From contig CAWGJU010000018.1 of NCBI GenBank assembly GCA_963822985.1, forward strand, positions 48,394 to 112,393: a DNA stretch of 64,000 bases. The letters run 5' to 3'. This stretch comes from an uncultured Alphaproteobacteria bacterium. Lineage in GTDB: Bacteria > Pseudomonadota > Alphaproteobacteria > Rhodobacterales > Rhodobacteraceae. Below are positions 49,106-59,091 of the stretch, one piece after another. The first letter of the stretch is position 1; each line of letters starts with the position of its first letter. A model generated the notes under the pieces. That model was not told the origin of the DNA. It searched no databases and was given only the letters and a program-made list of their open reading frames with translations. The position numbers were made by a program, and so were the translations under genes.

Positions 49106-50905
49106 TCAGCTCAGATGGTGCACGGTCTGGAGACCGTAGACCGGCGTCGGGATGCTCTCCATCCGCGCCTTCAGCTGAAGGGCGAGGAACTGCGAGTAGT
49201 GGCGTGACTGGTGCAGGTTGCCGCCGTGGAACCAGAGCGCCTCCTGCTGGGTGGGCTTCCACATGTTGCGCTGCTCGCCCTCCCAGGGGCCGGGGTCCTT
49301 CGGCGTGTCCGAGCCGAGGCCCCACACTTTGCCGACCCTGTCGGCCACGTCCTGGCTGATGAGATCGGCCGCCCAGCCATTCATCGAGCCATAGCCCGTG
49401 GCGTAGACGATCAGGTCCGCCGGCAGATCCTCGCCGGTGTCGAGCATGACGCCCGTGGCGGTGATCTCGGTCACCTGCCCGCGCCTGAGCTTGACCTCGC
49501 CGTCGATGACCAGCTGGCTCGCCCCGATGTCGATATAGTAGCCGGAGCCGCGGCGCAGGTATTTCATAAAAAGCCCGGAGTCGTCGGGGCCCCAGTCGAG
49601 CCAGAACCCGGCTTTCTCCAGCCCGTCATAGAACGCCTGGTCGCGCTCCTTCATCTGCGCATAGAGCGGGATCTGGAACTCGTGCAGGATCGCGTAGGGA
49701 ACCGAGGCGAAGATCAGATCGGCCTTGCTGTGGTCGATCCCCGATCTGACGGCCTGCTCGGAGTAGAGCGCGCCGAGGCCGATATCCATGAGCGTGTCCG
49801 AGCGCACGATATGCGTGGACGAGCGCTGCACCATCGTCACGTCGGCGTCGTTCTCCCACAGCGCCGCGGCGATGTCGTGCGCCGAGTTATTTGAGCCGAT
49901 GACCACGCATTTCTTGCCACTGTAGGCATCGGGGCCGGAGTGTTTCGAGGAATGGTGCTGGTCGCCCTTGAACTTCTCCATGCCCGGGAATTTCGGGACG
50001 TTGGGCTTGCCCGACATGCCGGTCGCCAGGACGAGCTGCTTCGGCCGCAGCGTCACTTCCTTGCCGTCGCGGTCGACGACGACCGTCCATTCCTTCTTCG
50101 CCTCGTCATACTTCGCCGACTTGGCCGTCGTCCGGGTCCAGTAGTTCAGCTCCATGACCCGCACGTACATCTCGAGCCAGTCGCCGATCTTGTCCTTCGG
50201 GCTGAAGACCGGCCAGTTCGGCGGGAACGGCAGATAGGGCAGGTGGTCATACCAGACCGGGTCGTGCAGGCAGAGCGACTTGTAGCGGTTGCGCCAGCTG
50301 TCGCCTGGACGGTCGTTCTTCTCGACGATGATCGTCGGCACACCGAGCTGGCGTAGCCGCGCGCCGAGGGCGATACCGCCCTGCCCGCCGCCGATGATCA
50401 GCGCGTAGGGTTGCGTCCCGTAACCGAGCGCCCGCGCCTCGGCCTCACGCTCCTCTTGCCAGGTCGGGCGGTGCTTGCCCTGCCCGTGCTTGGCGCCGAG
50501 CGGCCGGGCAAAGCCCTGTGGCTCCTCATGGCCCTTCAGCTCGACCATGGTGGTCAGCAGCGTCCAGATCTTCTCGTCCTGCAGCCGCATCAGCCCGTAG
50601 CCGCGCGCGACGGCGGTCTCGAAGGTGAACCAGGCGGTGGTCACGCCGCCTTCCTCGGTGACGATCTCGTTCGGCGCCAGCGCCCAGGATGTGGGCTTCA
50701 CCGCCGCGAGCTGGCTCTGCAGCATGTCGCGGATCGCGTCCCGGCTCTCCAGCGTCTTGATGTTCCAGGTGAAGCTGACGAGGTCGCGCCAGAAGCAGAT
50801 GTCGGCGAACTGCGCGACGGCGCTCTCGATATCTCCCGCTTCGAGAGCGTCGCCGAAAGTCTGCAACACGCCGGCTGCGCGCGCCTCACTCGTGGTGTCC
50901 AGCAT
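49106..50905 (-). CDS. Flavin-containing monooxygenase (type II FMO-like) with N-terminal SnoaL/NTF2-like extension
   Basis: IIGGGQGG (FAD), LHDPVWYDHLPY, FKGDQHHSSKH, GSNNSAHD, ATGY; about 160-aa N-terminal WRDLVSFTW domain. Confidence 0.9.
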   Translation of the reverse strand: MLDTTSEARAAGVLQTFGDALEAGDIESAVAQFADICFWRDLVSFTWNIKTLESRDAIRDMLQSQLAAVKPTSWALAPNEIVTEEGGVTTAWFTFETAVARGYGLMRLQDEKIWTLLTTMVELKGHEEPQGFARPLGAKHGQGKHRPTWQEEREAEARALGYGTQPYALIIGGGQGGIALGARLRQLGVPTIIVEKNDRPGDSWRNRYKSLCLHDPVWYDHLPYLPFPPNWPVFSPKDKIGDWLEMYVRVMELNYWTRTTAKSAKYDEAKKEWTVVVDRDGKEVTLRPKQLVLATGMSGKPNVPKFPGMEKFKGDQHHSSKHSGPDAYSGKKCVVIGSNNSAHDIAAALWENDADVTMVQRSSTHIVRSDTLMDIGLGALYSEQAVRSGIDHSKADLIFASVPYAILHEFQIPLYAQMKERDQAFYDGLEKAGFWLDWGPDDSGLFMKYLRRGSGYYIDIGASQLVIDGEVKLRRGQVTEITATGVMLDTGEDLPADLIVYATGYGSMNGWAADLISQDVADRVGKVWGLGSDTPKDPGPWEGEQRNMWKPTQQEALWFHGGNLHQSRHYSQFLALQLKARMESIPTPVYGLQTVHHLS

Positions 50906-51158
50906 AGGTTTCCTCCCTTCCCGGAACCCCCTTCGTCATTCAGTCGGACGCGATCTTAGCCCCATGCCAGGTGGGATCGGCAGGGTGGCTCGAAACCGCC
51001 GTCGGAGCCCGTCGACCTGATGAAGGGGAACGCTTTCTCCACGCTGTTCCCATTCCCCCACAACCTCACCGAGTACATTGTCCCTCCAGTGAACCCCTGT
51101 CCAGAGTAGCTCGCCGGCTGCGTGTCTGAAGGAGAAGTGGTTCAGGTTCACACCTCGT

Positions 51159-51257
51159 ACCGGACACAAAGGCTGTGGACGTGTCCGGTGGGAAGTCGCG
51201 GGTCTGCCGCTGGTCTCGGCGACCCAGGAAGCTCAGCGGGAATGTGCGATCGCACAT
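51159..51257. promoter_or_regulatory. Two perfect inverted repeats upstream of the FMO gene
   Basis: ACCGGACAC-N13-GTGTCCGGT (51159-51189) and ATGTGCGATCGCACAT (51242-51257). Confidence 0.4.
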
Positions 51258-51534
51258 CTGCTCGGCCGGCAAGTGCCCGAACGCTGCTGTTGCGGGGTAC
51301 TGGCCTGCCATGTCCCTATGGCGACAATCGCAGGCACTGCCGTCATCGCTGGTTCAGGCCGCCAGCGAGCAGGGTGCGCCACAAGCTGCCGTAGCGGATC
51401 CGCCGAGATCCGGGCCTGCGGAGGAGTGCCGCCGGCACTGGGATCGCTGGCTTCCGTCCGTGCGCGAGGCATTCGCCATATCAGCAGGAGCATGCTTCCA
51501 GTGCGTCTGCACCGGGCCCGACGAATGGAGCGGC

Positions 51535-52416
51535 TCAGAGGTCGATAGTCAGCCCGTCGAAACCGATCGAAAGCGGCCCACTCCAGGTTCGGCGCACCGC
51601 CTCCTCCCACTTCTCCTCGCCGTAGCCTGGAATCCCGTCCGGGATGAGATGGTTGAGGGCCAGCCGCCCGACACCCGCCTCGGTCGCGATGCGGCCGGCA
51701 TCCTTGGCGGTCGTGTGGCTTCTCAGGATGTGCTGGCGGAGCCGCTCTCCGCCGTTCGGCACGCGTGCGACCAGCGCATCGACGCCTTCGGTGAGCATCG
51801 CTTCATGAACGAGGAGGTCGGCACCCCGCGCGAACGGGATCAGGGCCGGAAGGAAGGCCGTATCGCCCGACAGGACGATGCGCTTCCCGTTGCCCTCGAA
51901 CCGGAGCGCGAAGCTCTCCTCTATCGGCGGATGAGCGTTGCGCAGCGCGTTCACGGTCAGCCCGTCCTGCGACAGCACCTCGCCTTCCACGAGGGTGTTG
52001 ATGTGGACCAGATCGGACAGGGTGGGCCGCCCTTCGTCATCGATCCGGATCGCGATGTCGAATGCCATCGAGGCGAGAAAGCCGCGCCAGTACTCGGCGA
52101 GGCCAGGCGGGCCGAAGATCGTTACCGGCCGGCTCAGCCCCGCGGTCCAGGCGGTATGGATCAGCGGCCCGAGCTCGAGGTAATGGTCGGAGTGGAGATG
52201 CGTGACGAAGACGAGGTCGATCTCCGTCAGGGGCACCCCCCGGTCGCAGATCGCCCGCGTCACACTCAGGCCGGCGTCGATGACGATCGTCCGTCCCGCG
52301 AGACGCAGAAGCATCGAGGTCGGCATGTTGGACCCCGGGCGGATTGCAGGTCCGCCCTTCACGCCGAGAAGTGACAGGCAGTCGGACACGAGTCCTTCCT
52401 CTGCTGCGGACATCAT
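51535..52416 (-). CDS. MBL-fold metallo-hydrolase (RNase Z/AtsA-like)
   Basis: LGVKGGP, VIDAG, THLHSDH, HPPI, SGDT, LVHEA, SHTT, LNHL. Confidence 0.88.
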   Translation of the reverse strand: MMSAAEEGLVSDCLSLLGVKGGPAIRPGSNMPTSMLLRLAGRTIVIDAGLSVTRAICDRGVPLTEIDLVFVTHLHSDHYLELGPLIHTAWTAGLSRPVTIFGPPGLAEYWRGFLASMAFDIAIRIDDEGRPTLSDLVHINTLVEGEVLSQDGLTVNALRNAHPPIEESFALRFEGNGKRIVLSGDTAFLPALIPFARGADLLVHEAMLTEGVDALVARVPNGGERLRQHILRSHTTAKDAGRIATEAGVGRLALNHLIPDGIPGYGEEKWEEAVRRTWSGPLSIGFDGLTIDL

Positions 52417-52431
52417 GCGGCGCGTCCCAGG

Positions 52432-53605
52432 TCAGCGTCCGCGAACGAAATCGACGAAACGCCCCACCTCATCCTCCGTGTTGAAGCAGTGAACGGAGGC
52501 GCGCGCGAGGGGGGAGCTTCGCGGGCCGAGGTCGAGGCGCGCATAGGGCTGGGTCGAGACCGAGATGTTGGCACCGGCGGCGCCGAGGCGGCGGGCGAGG
52601 TCGGCCGGCGCCTCGTCCGCCTTGTCGAAGGTGACGATGCCCGCAGCGGCGCCGGCCCTGGTCGCGGACCGCGAGGCCGGGAATGTCGCCGAGCCGCTCG
52701 CGCAGCATGCCGGCGAGCGCCGTCACCCGGGCCTCGATCGCCGGCACTCCGATGGCGAGCGCGTAATCGACCGCCGCGGCGAGCCCGATGCGGCCCGCGA
52801 CGAAGCTCTCCCAGTTCTCGAAGCGGCGCGCTCCCTCGGCGAGGACGTAGGCGTCGTCCGACGTCCAGCTGGCGGCATGCAGGTCGACGAAGGGCGGGTC
52901 GAGCTGATCGACGATCTCGCGGGAGACGTAGAGGAAGCCCGTGCCGCGCGGCCCGCGCAGGAACTTGCGCCCCGTGCCGGACAGCAGATGGCAGCCGATG
53001 CGCCGAACGTCGAGCTCGATCTGGCCGACCGACTGGCAGGCGTCGAGCAGGTAGAAGAGGCCATGCTCGCGCGCGACGCGGCCGACCTCCTCGGCCGGGT
53101 TCACCAGGCCGCCCTGCGTCGGCCGTGCGTGATCGCGACCAGCCGCGTCCGCGGCCGGATCGCGGCGGCCAGCGCGTCGACGTCGATCTGCCCGCTGTCG
53201 TCGGAGGGGACGAGGTCGATCTCGACCCCGCGGCGGTGGGCGAGTTGCAGGAAAGCGAGGTAGTTCGACGCGTACTCGCTGGCATGCGTCAGGATTCGGT
53301 CGCCCTCCTGCAGCGGCAGGGCGTAGAACGCCATGTCCCAGGCGCGGGTCGCGTTCTCGACATAGGCGATCTCGTCCGGCCGCGCGCCGAGCAGCTCGGC
53401 GAATGCGTCGTAGAAGCGGGCGAGCGCACCCGTCGCTCGCTCGGCCGCCTCGTAGCCGCCGAGCTTCGCGCTCAAGCCGGAGGTGGCCGACAGTCGCCTC
53501 GTAGACCGGGTCGGGCATCAGCGAGGCGCCTGCGTTGTTGAAATGGATCATGCGCTCGCAGGAGGGCGTCTCGGCGCGCAGGCGTGCGACTTCCTCAGGT
53601 GTCAT
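52432..53605 (-). pseudogene. Class V PLP aminotransferase / cysteine desulfurase-like, several frameshifts
   Basis: HFNNAGASL, ENATRAW, LDACQSVGQ, SGTGRKFLRGPRGTG (PLP Lys), RFENWE, RASVHCFNTEDE across frames. Confidence 0.85.
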
Positions 53606-53703
53606 CGGCTCCTCGTCCGGTCCTCTCCGGTGCAGAACACTCAGGCGGTCCGATCTTTCGGGTCCGGATCGCCGTCAGGCGGAAACGATCCCTTCGCTTG
53701 CCA

Positions 53704-54180
53704 TCAATCCGGCAACCAAGCCGCGAAAGCATCAGGCGATGGCCACCAGGGATCCGTGGGAACCAGGAAGATCGAGGCCGCGATCCGCAGCTGATGCACC
53801 CAAATCTCCGAAGCGGCCCGGCCGCAGTGCAGTTGCGCTTGCACGAGATCGGGCAGCGAGCGCGCCATGGCGACATCGCGGAGCGCCGCCGCGCCGATCT
53901 CAGCAGCCTCCTGCGCGAGCGCAGACGCATCGGGAGTGCGGCAGAAAGACAGAAATTCAGTAGGCGACGAAACGGCCGTGGTTGTGCCTGAGGTCCCCGC
54001 CACCGCATCCCCGGGAAACTCAGCCCCACCTCCACTCAACGCTTTCGCGGGCTGCGGGTCGCCGGCTGCCGCCGACGGGCCGGCGGACGGCTCGGCCGAT
54101 CGGGTGTTGGCCGCGCGAGCGCCTTCGGCCGCGCGAGGCCGCCGCTCCGTCGACGGAGTCACCTTTGCCGTCTTACGCAC
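53704..54180 (-). CDS. Possible phasin-like hypothetical protein
   Basis: Low-complexity N-terminus, then VAMARSLPDLVQAQ, reminiscent of phasins; weak. Confidence 0.25.
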   Translation of the reverse strand: MRKTAKVTPSTERRPRAAEGARAANTRSAEPSAGPSAAAGDPQPAKALSGGGAEFPGDAVAGTSGTTTAVSSPTEFLSFCRTPDASALAQEAAEIGAAALRDVAMARSLPDLVQAQLHCGRAASEIWVHQLRIAASIFLVPTDPWWPSPDAFAAWLPD

Positions 54181-54951
54181 GTCATCCGACGCTGCTCTCG
54201 CTGCGGCCGCCGCCCGATCCCTCTCCTTCCGGGCACGCCCTCTGTCCTTACCGCATTTCCGCCCCGTAGCGGATGCTCGGCCTCATTCTCGGCCATCCGC
54301 CGGCTGCTCCGCACAGCCGGCGCTGCGGCAGGCGCGGCTTCGGCTTTCATCCCGGTCCCCGGCTGGGCTGAGACGTCCCGTCCCACGACAGCGGCGTTCG
54401 CCTTCTTCGAACGGGCCCGGCGATTGGAAGCCTTCCCCGTCGCGCCCTTCGGCCCAGAGTCCGAAGCTCTGCTGTCGGAAGGGTCGGCGGCGCGACTTTG
54501 CCACTTCTGCCGCCGTGGTTCGGTGGCGCTCGACGGCGCCATGGCCTGTCGGTGCTTCAGCCTTCTTGGGCAGCGTGCCTTCCGCGACATCGACCGGTGC
54601 GACTTCTGCGTCGCGATCCGCCGTCTCTGAGGTCTGGTGGGCCTGCGCAGAGAGCTTGCGCTCGCGCTTGGTCGAGCGCAGCCGGCCCTTGCCAACGCCG
54701 GGCGACCCGAAATTGCGGTGCACCGCCAGCTTGCCTGCGCGTGTGCGGCGCGGCCTATCACTCTTCATCGGAGTATCTCCGGCCCAGCGACTCTCAGGAT
54801 TGCCGGCCCCCTACGCGTGCCCGCCGAATTCGTCAAGAAGAGCTGGCAATCGCCGTCTGCACGCGCGCCGAATTATTTGCTGGGAGAAACTCGATCAGTC
54901 GGCGCTCAAGGTCTTCGGTGCGGAACCGGCGCGTCGGCTTGCGAAACATCC

Positions 54952-57063
54952 CTACCGGTGCAGAGCGTGCCTGCGACTGAGCCAGGCGGGGAGGAGCGGC
55001 GTGACCTCTGACGGCTCGGCGTTGCCGTCACCGAAGGCCGCGATCAGCTTCAGAACAGCGCGATCATCCTTTCGAAGACTGCGGCCTGGCCAAGCCGAGC
55101 GATCCGCTTCAGTTCCCGCGATGAACCCGCGCGCCCACTGCCGAAGGTCTTCGGCAGCGCTGGATTTGAGGTGCCGTCCAATGGCCGCGGCATCGGCCAG
55201 GTCACGGTTGGCCGTGTTGTACCGGAGCATGACGAGGTCGAGGAAACGCTGGAGCCGGGCGTAATCGGGAAAGCCGTGTGCACGGTCCAAAAGCCCGCCA
55301 ACCCAGGCTGACGGCGGCGACATCCGCGGGGCCACCACAACGGCAGCAAGATAGCCGTCGAGCCAAGCCGGCGAGATGTCCATCGCCGCATCTCTCAGGA
55401 GCCGCCGCAACTCCCCGCGCTTCTCGGGTTCGGGGGGCTCGGACAGGTACTCCGGGCCTTCGATGCTCTCGGCATCGTCTCCGGCGAGAGGTGTCCAGGG
55501 GTCGTCCGGGCCCATGAGCGTCAGCTGATGGACCCAGCCGAGGATCGGGACCTTGCGTGCCGGCCGCCCGTCCGCCAGTGCCACACCCATGGCCGCGACC
55601 GGTTGCCATTCTTCGGAACTCGCCGCCGGCCGCGCCGCCAGAACGGCTGCTGCGCGCATCGTCAGCATCGCCCACCACTCGCGGCGCCGGTCGAGATAGC
55701 GCCACAGCGCGATCTCACGGCTTCTCGGCGTGATGTTGTTCGTCAGGATCTCCCGGGTCTCGGGACCGTCCTCGAACCAGCTCGTCAGCAGCCGGTGCCG
55801 GGCTGGCCAGTCTGCACCGGCATTCACCATCCGGCCGAAATGCTGCTTGGACAGGCCCGTGAGGGCCCCCTCGGGATCGATCTCACCGAGCCAGTCCTGC
55901 ACGCTCATCGTCCTCGGCACGAGCCGATCGATGCCACAGATCTCGACGACGTCGAGCAGGCCGTGCGCCGGCGGCTCGTCGCGCGCGGCATTCTCCGCGA
56001 GGGCCGCCGCGAGCGCCGTCGAGAGGAACCCCGGCTCCACCTCGAACGCGTCCATCTCACGCTCGACGAAGCCGAGGCGCTGCTTCTGCTCCGTCGCGCT
56101 CGAGCACGGTACGAGATAGGCGTCGCGCACCCCATGGCCTTGCTTGAGGAGCACCATCACGATGCAGCGCCTTCCGCCCTGGCGCGCCGCGACCGCGAAG
56201 CTCTGCCCGCCGGACCCGTCCGGAATGCTCGCCACCGTCCGGTGCAGTGTCCACGATCCGGCAATCGGTTCGCCGGCCAGGTCCTGCCGGAGCACTGCCT
56301 TGAGCGTGCTGTCGATCGTCGCCCGGGCTGCGTCCGCCGGCATCCAGTTGCGAAGCCTGGTCAGACGCGACCGGATCGTGGCATCGAGCCGCCCCTGTCG
56401 GGCGTGGCCGAGAAACGCGTCTGCCGCCACGCTTCGCAGGTCGGGCGACTTGTCCAGCAACCAGTAGCAGCCGAGCCGGGCAAAAGCCGGGTCGAAGCGT
56501 TCAAGGATGGCCCGAACCAGCGTCTCCTGGATCTCGGCATCATAGGTCGCGAGCATCTCGCCCAAGGCGGCATGGAAGGCGTACGGGTCGCCGCGGGCGT
56601 CACCGCGCATCCTGCTGATGAGGTCGTCCAGATCGGGCACAGCAGCCCCCGTGCTCGCCGCGATCGAGGCCTCTCTGACGGAATTCTTGAGTCGCTCCGG
56701 CGGCCTCAAACTCGCGCGAACATAGCACCTCCCGAGGAGGGCGAGCCCAGGCCCGGCCTCGCCAGCCCGGCGGCCGATCGATCTCTCGGCCGCATCGAGA
56801 ACTGCAGGCCCCTTGCTGCCCCGGCCTTCGGCATCGATGCGCGCGCCGTCGAGCAGTGCCTCCAGGAGGAGAAGCTCCGCGGGCACGTCCTCCGCGTCTT
56901 CCGCGGCAATGATGCGCCGGGCCAATTCGGCTGCGGCCTCCGGATGCTGCAGGAGCGCGCGAGAACTCGCAGCCACGGCATCCCAGCGTTCATCGTCATC
57001 CGATGCGCTGGAAACCTCTTCAAGGCAGCGTCGCAAGACGAGATCGGGCAGAGAAACCTCCAC
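54952..57063 (-). CDS. Large hypothetical protein with C-terminal UPF0149/YecA domain
   Basis: 703 aa uninterrupted ORF; WLDGYLAAVVVAPRMSPPSAWV...WARGFIAG is UPF0149-like. Confidence 0.7.
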   Translation of the reverse strand: MEVSLPDLVLRRCLEEVSSASDDDERWDAVAASSRALLQHPEAAAELARRIIAAEDAEDVPAELLLLEALLDGARIDAEGRGSKGPAVLDAAERSIGRRAGEAGPGLALLGRCYVRASLRPPERLKNSVREASIAASTGAAVPDLDDLISRMRGDARGDPYAFHAALGEMLATYDAEIQETLVRAILERFDPAFARLGCYWLLDKSPDLRSVAADAFLGHARQGRLDATIRSRLTRLRNWMPADAARATIDSTLKAVLRQDLAGEPIAGSWTLHRTVASIPDGSGGQSFAVAARQGGRRCIVMVLLKQGHGVRDAYLVPCSSATEQKQRLGFVEREMDAFEVEPGFLSTALAAALAENAARDEPPAHGLLDVVEICGIDRLVPRTMSVQDWLGEIDPEGALTGLSKQHFGRMVNAGADWPARHRLLTSWFEDGPETREILTNNITPRSREIALWRYLDRRREWWAMLTMRAAAVLAARPAASSEEWQPVAAMGVALADGRPARKVPILGWVHQLTLMGPDDPWTPLAGDDAESIEGPEYLSEPPEPEKRGELRRLLRDAAMDISPAWLDGYLAAVVVAPRMSPPSAWVGGLLDRAHGFPDYARLQRFLDLVMLRYNTANRDLADAAAIGRHLKSSAAEDLRQWARGFIAGTEADRSAWPGRSLRKDDRAVLKLIAAFGDGNAEPSEVTPLLPAWLSRRHALHR

Positions 57064-57367
57064 ATCGAGGTAGTGGACGGGCTTTGCCCCGCCGTCCGGC
57101 TGCAGGCATCATGTCACTGCACCTGCCATAGGGGACAGCCCGTGGCGTTGTCCATGCCGAGGCAAGCTCACGCAGCGTACCGATTAGCCTCCATGACCCC
57201 AGCGTGATCTATGACAAGTTCGGGTTACGGATCGCCGGCGGTCGTATGGCAGTTGCAGAGGGAACAGCGGGCGCTCGTCCTTGGCCGGGCCGACGCGAAG
57301 GTTGCGCCAAATTCGGTCATAGCTGCCGCCGTGCATGTCGGACGGCACCACGACCGTGCTCAAGTGG

Positions 57368-58063
57368 TTATGGAGACCCGGCGTTGCGGCTTTCGCCATC
57401 TCGCGTCGACCGGCGAGGCGGCGCTTTGCCTCCGGCCGGCGTTCGCGGCGGGTGCGGCCGATAGACCGGCAGCCGCCACCCGAAGTGCAGCGAGCCCGCC
57501 CTCAGGGCGAAGGTGAGCGCGGAGCCGGCCAGCAGTGAGATGAACTGCCCCGACGGAAACAGCGCGAAGAGGATGACGCCGAGGAGTGCGCCGGCGAGGC
57601 AGGCGCTGACATAGAGCTCGCCCTGTCGCAGCACCATCGGGATCTCGTTGGCGACGACGTCGCGCATCATGCCGCCGAAGGTGCCGGTCGCGATGCCCGT
57701 CACGAGCACGATCGGCCAGGACACACCGGCTTCCCGCGCGATCGTCACGCCCGCCGCCATGGCGACCGACAGAGCCACTGCATCGAGCCAAAGAATGGCC
57801 CGATGGCGGGATTCAAGCCGGTGCGCGGTGAAGAAAACCAGCACCGCCGCGACGCAGGCCACGCCGAGATAATGCGGGCTTGCGATCCAGAACACCGGGT
57901 CGCGCCCGAGCACCAGGTCCCGGAGCGTGCCGCCGCCGATGCCGGTGAGGCAGGCCAGGAACAGGAACCCGACGATGTCGAGCCGGGCGCGGGAGGCGAC
58001 GAGGCCGCCCGTCAGCGCGAACACGAAGACGGCGGCAAGATCGAGCGCTGCGGCGGGCGACAT
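57368..58063 (-). CDS. Trimeric intracellular cation channel (TRIC/UPF0126) protein
   Basis: VFALTG, TGIGGGTLRDL, TGTFGGMMRDV, ELYVSAC. Confidence 0.9.
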   Translation of the reverse strand: MSPAAALDLAAVFVFALTGGLVASRARLDIVGFLFLACLTGIGGGTLRDLVLGRDPVFWIASPHYLGVACVAAVLVFFTAHRLESRHRAILWLDAVALSVAMAAGVTIAREAGVSWPIVLVTGIATGTFGGMMRDVVANEIPMVLRQGELYVSACLAGALLGVILFALFPSGQFISLLAGSALTFALRAGSLHFGWRLPVYRPHPPRTPAGGKAPPRRSTRDGESRNAGSP

Positions 58064-58156
58064 GGTTGTCCCTCGGCTCCGGTTCCGGGCGAGAGTAGAC
58101 GCGGGAGCCGGCGCGAGAACAAGATGGGCGGGCCAGGTGATCTGCCCGCCATCCGA

Positions 58157-59011
58157 TCACGCCAGCTTCGCTTTCGGCGCGGCGACCGGACCGAGCCCGA
58201 GCAGGCGCCGCGCCTCGGCCGGGCTCGCAACCCTGCGGCCGTGCACCTCGCAGAGCTCCGCCGCGAGCCGCACCAGCGCCGCGTTCGACGGCGCAAGCGT
58301 GCTGCGGTCGAGCCGGATGTTGTCCTCGAGCCCGGTCCGTACATGGCCGCCGAGCTCGAGCGACCAGCGGGCGACCTCCATCTGGTGCCGCCCGATGCCG
58401 GCCGCGGTGAAGGTGGCGCCTGGGAGAAGCTCCTTCAGCATCGCGACCTCGAAGGCAAGGATGTCGCGCCGCGCCGGCAGGGCATGCTTCACGCCCATCA
58501 CGAATTGGACATGCGGCTTCGGCGCGACCAGCCCTTCCGCGACAAGGTCGGCGGCATTGATCAGCATCGCGAGGTCGAAGACCTCGATCTCCGGCTTCAC
58601 CCCCAGCGCGCGCATCCGCCCGGCGAGGCCGCGCACGAAATCGGGCGGGTTCTCGTAGACGATGGTCGGGAAGTTGCAGGAGCCGGTGGCGAGCGAGGCC
58701 ATGTCGGGCCTGAGGTGCAGCATCGCCCCGCGCTGGTCGAGGGCGCGGCCGCGCCCGCCGGTCGAGAACTCCACGATGATGTCCGGGCAGACGCGGCGGA
58801 TGCCGTCCTGGAAGGCGGCGAACCTGTCCGGGTCGCTCGAGCTCGTCTCGTCGGCATTGCGGACATGGACGTGGACGAGCGACGCGCCCGCCTCGCAGGC
58901 CGCATGGGTGCTCTCGATCTGCTCGGCGATCGAGATCGGCACGGCCGGGTTGTCCTTCTTGCGGGGCACCGAGCCGGTGATGGCGACGGCGATGATGGCG
59001 GGTTCGCGCAT
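58157..59011 (-). CDS. Beta-keto acid cleavage enzyme (BKACE/Kce, DUF849)
   Basis: AITGS, NPAVP, VHVHVR (Zn HxH), STGG, PDMASL, PEIEVFD, GGHVRTGLEDN. Confidence 0.92.
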   Translation of the reverse strand: MREPAIIAVAITGSVPRKKDNPAVPISIAEQIESTHAACEAGASLVHVHVRNADETSSSDPDRFAAFQDGIRRVCPDIIVEFSTGGRGRALDQRGAMLHLRPDMASLATGSCNFPTIVYENPPDFVRGLAGRMRALGVKPEIEVFDLAMLINAADLVAEGLVAPKPHVQFVMGVKHALPARRDILAFEVAMLKELLPGATFTAAGIGRHQMEVARWSLELGGHVRTGLEDNIRLDRSTLAPSNAALVRLAAELCEVHGRRVASPAEARRLLGLGPVAAPKAKLA

Positions 59012-59091
59012 GGGGGCCTCTCAGGGAGTATGGCAAGGCGGGAGGGGTGCGACCTGCGAGCAAGCCGCCCGCAGGTGCATGGGATGACGGG

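Noticed and set aside
50940-50975. Sigma54 promoter for the FMO
   Set aside because: TGGCAT is present on the minus strand but the -12 GC is not at the required distance.
54159-54980. Overlapping low-complexity ORFs on both strands
   Set aside because: No family signal; could not choose a real frame.
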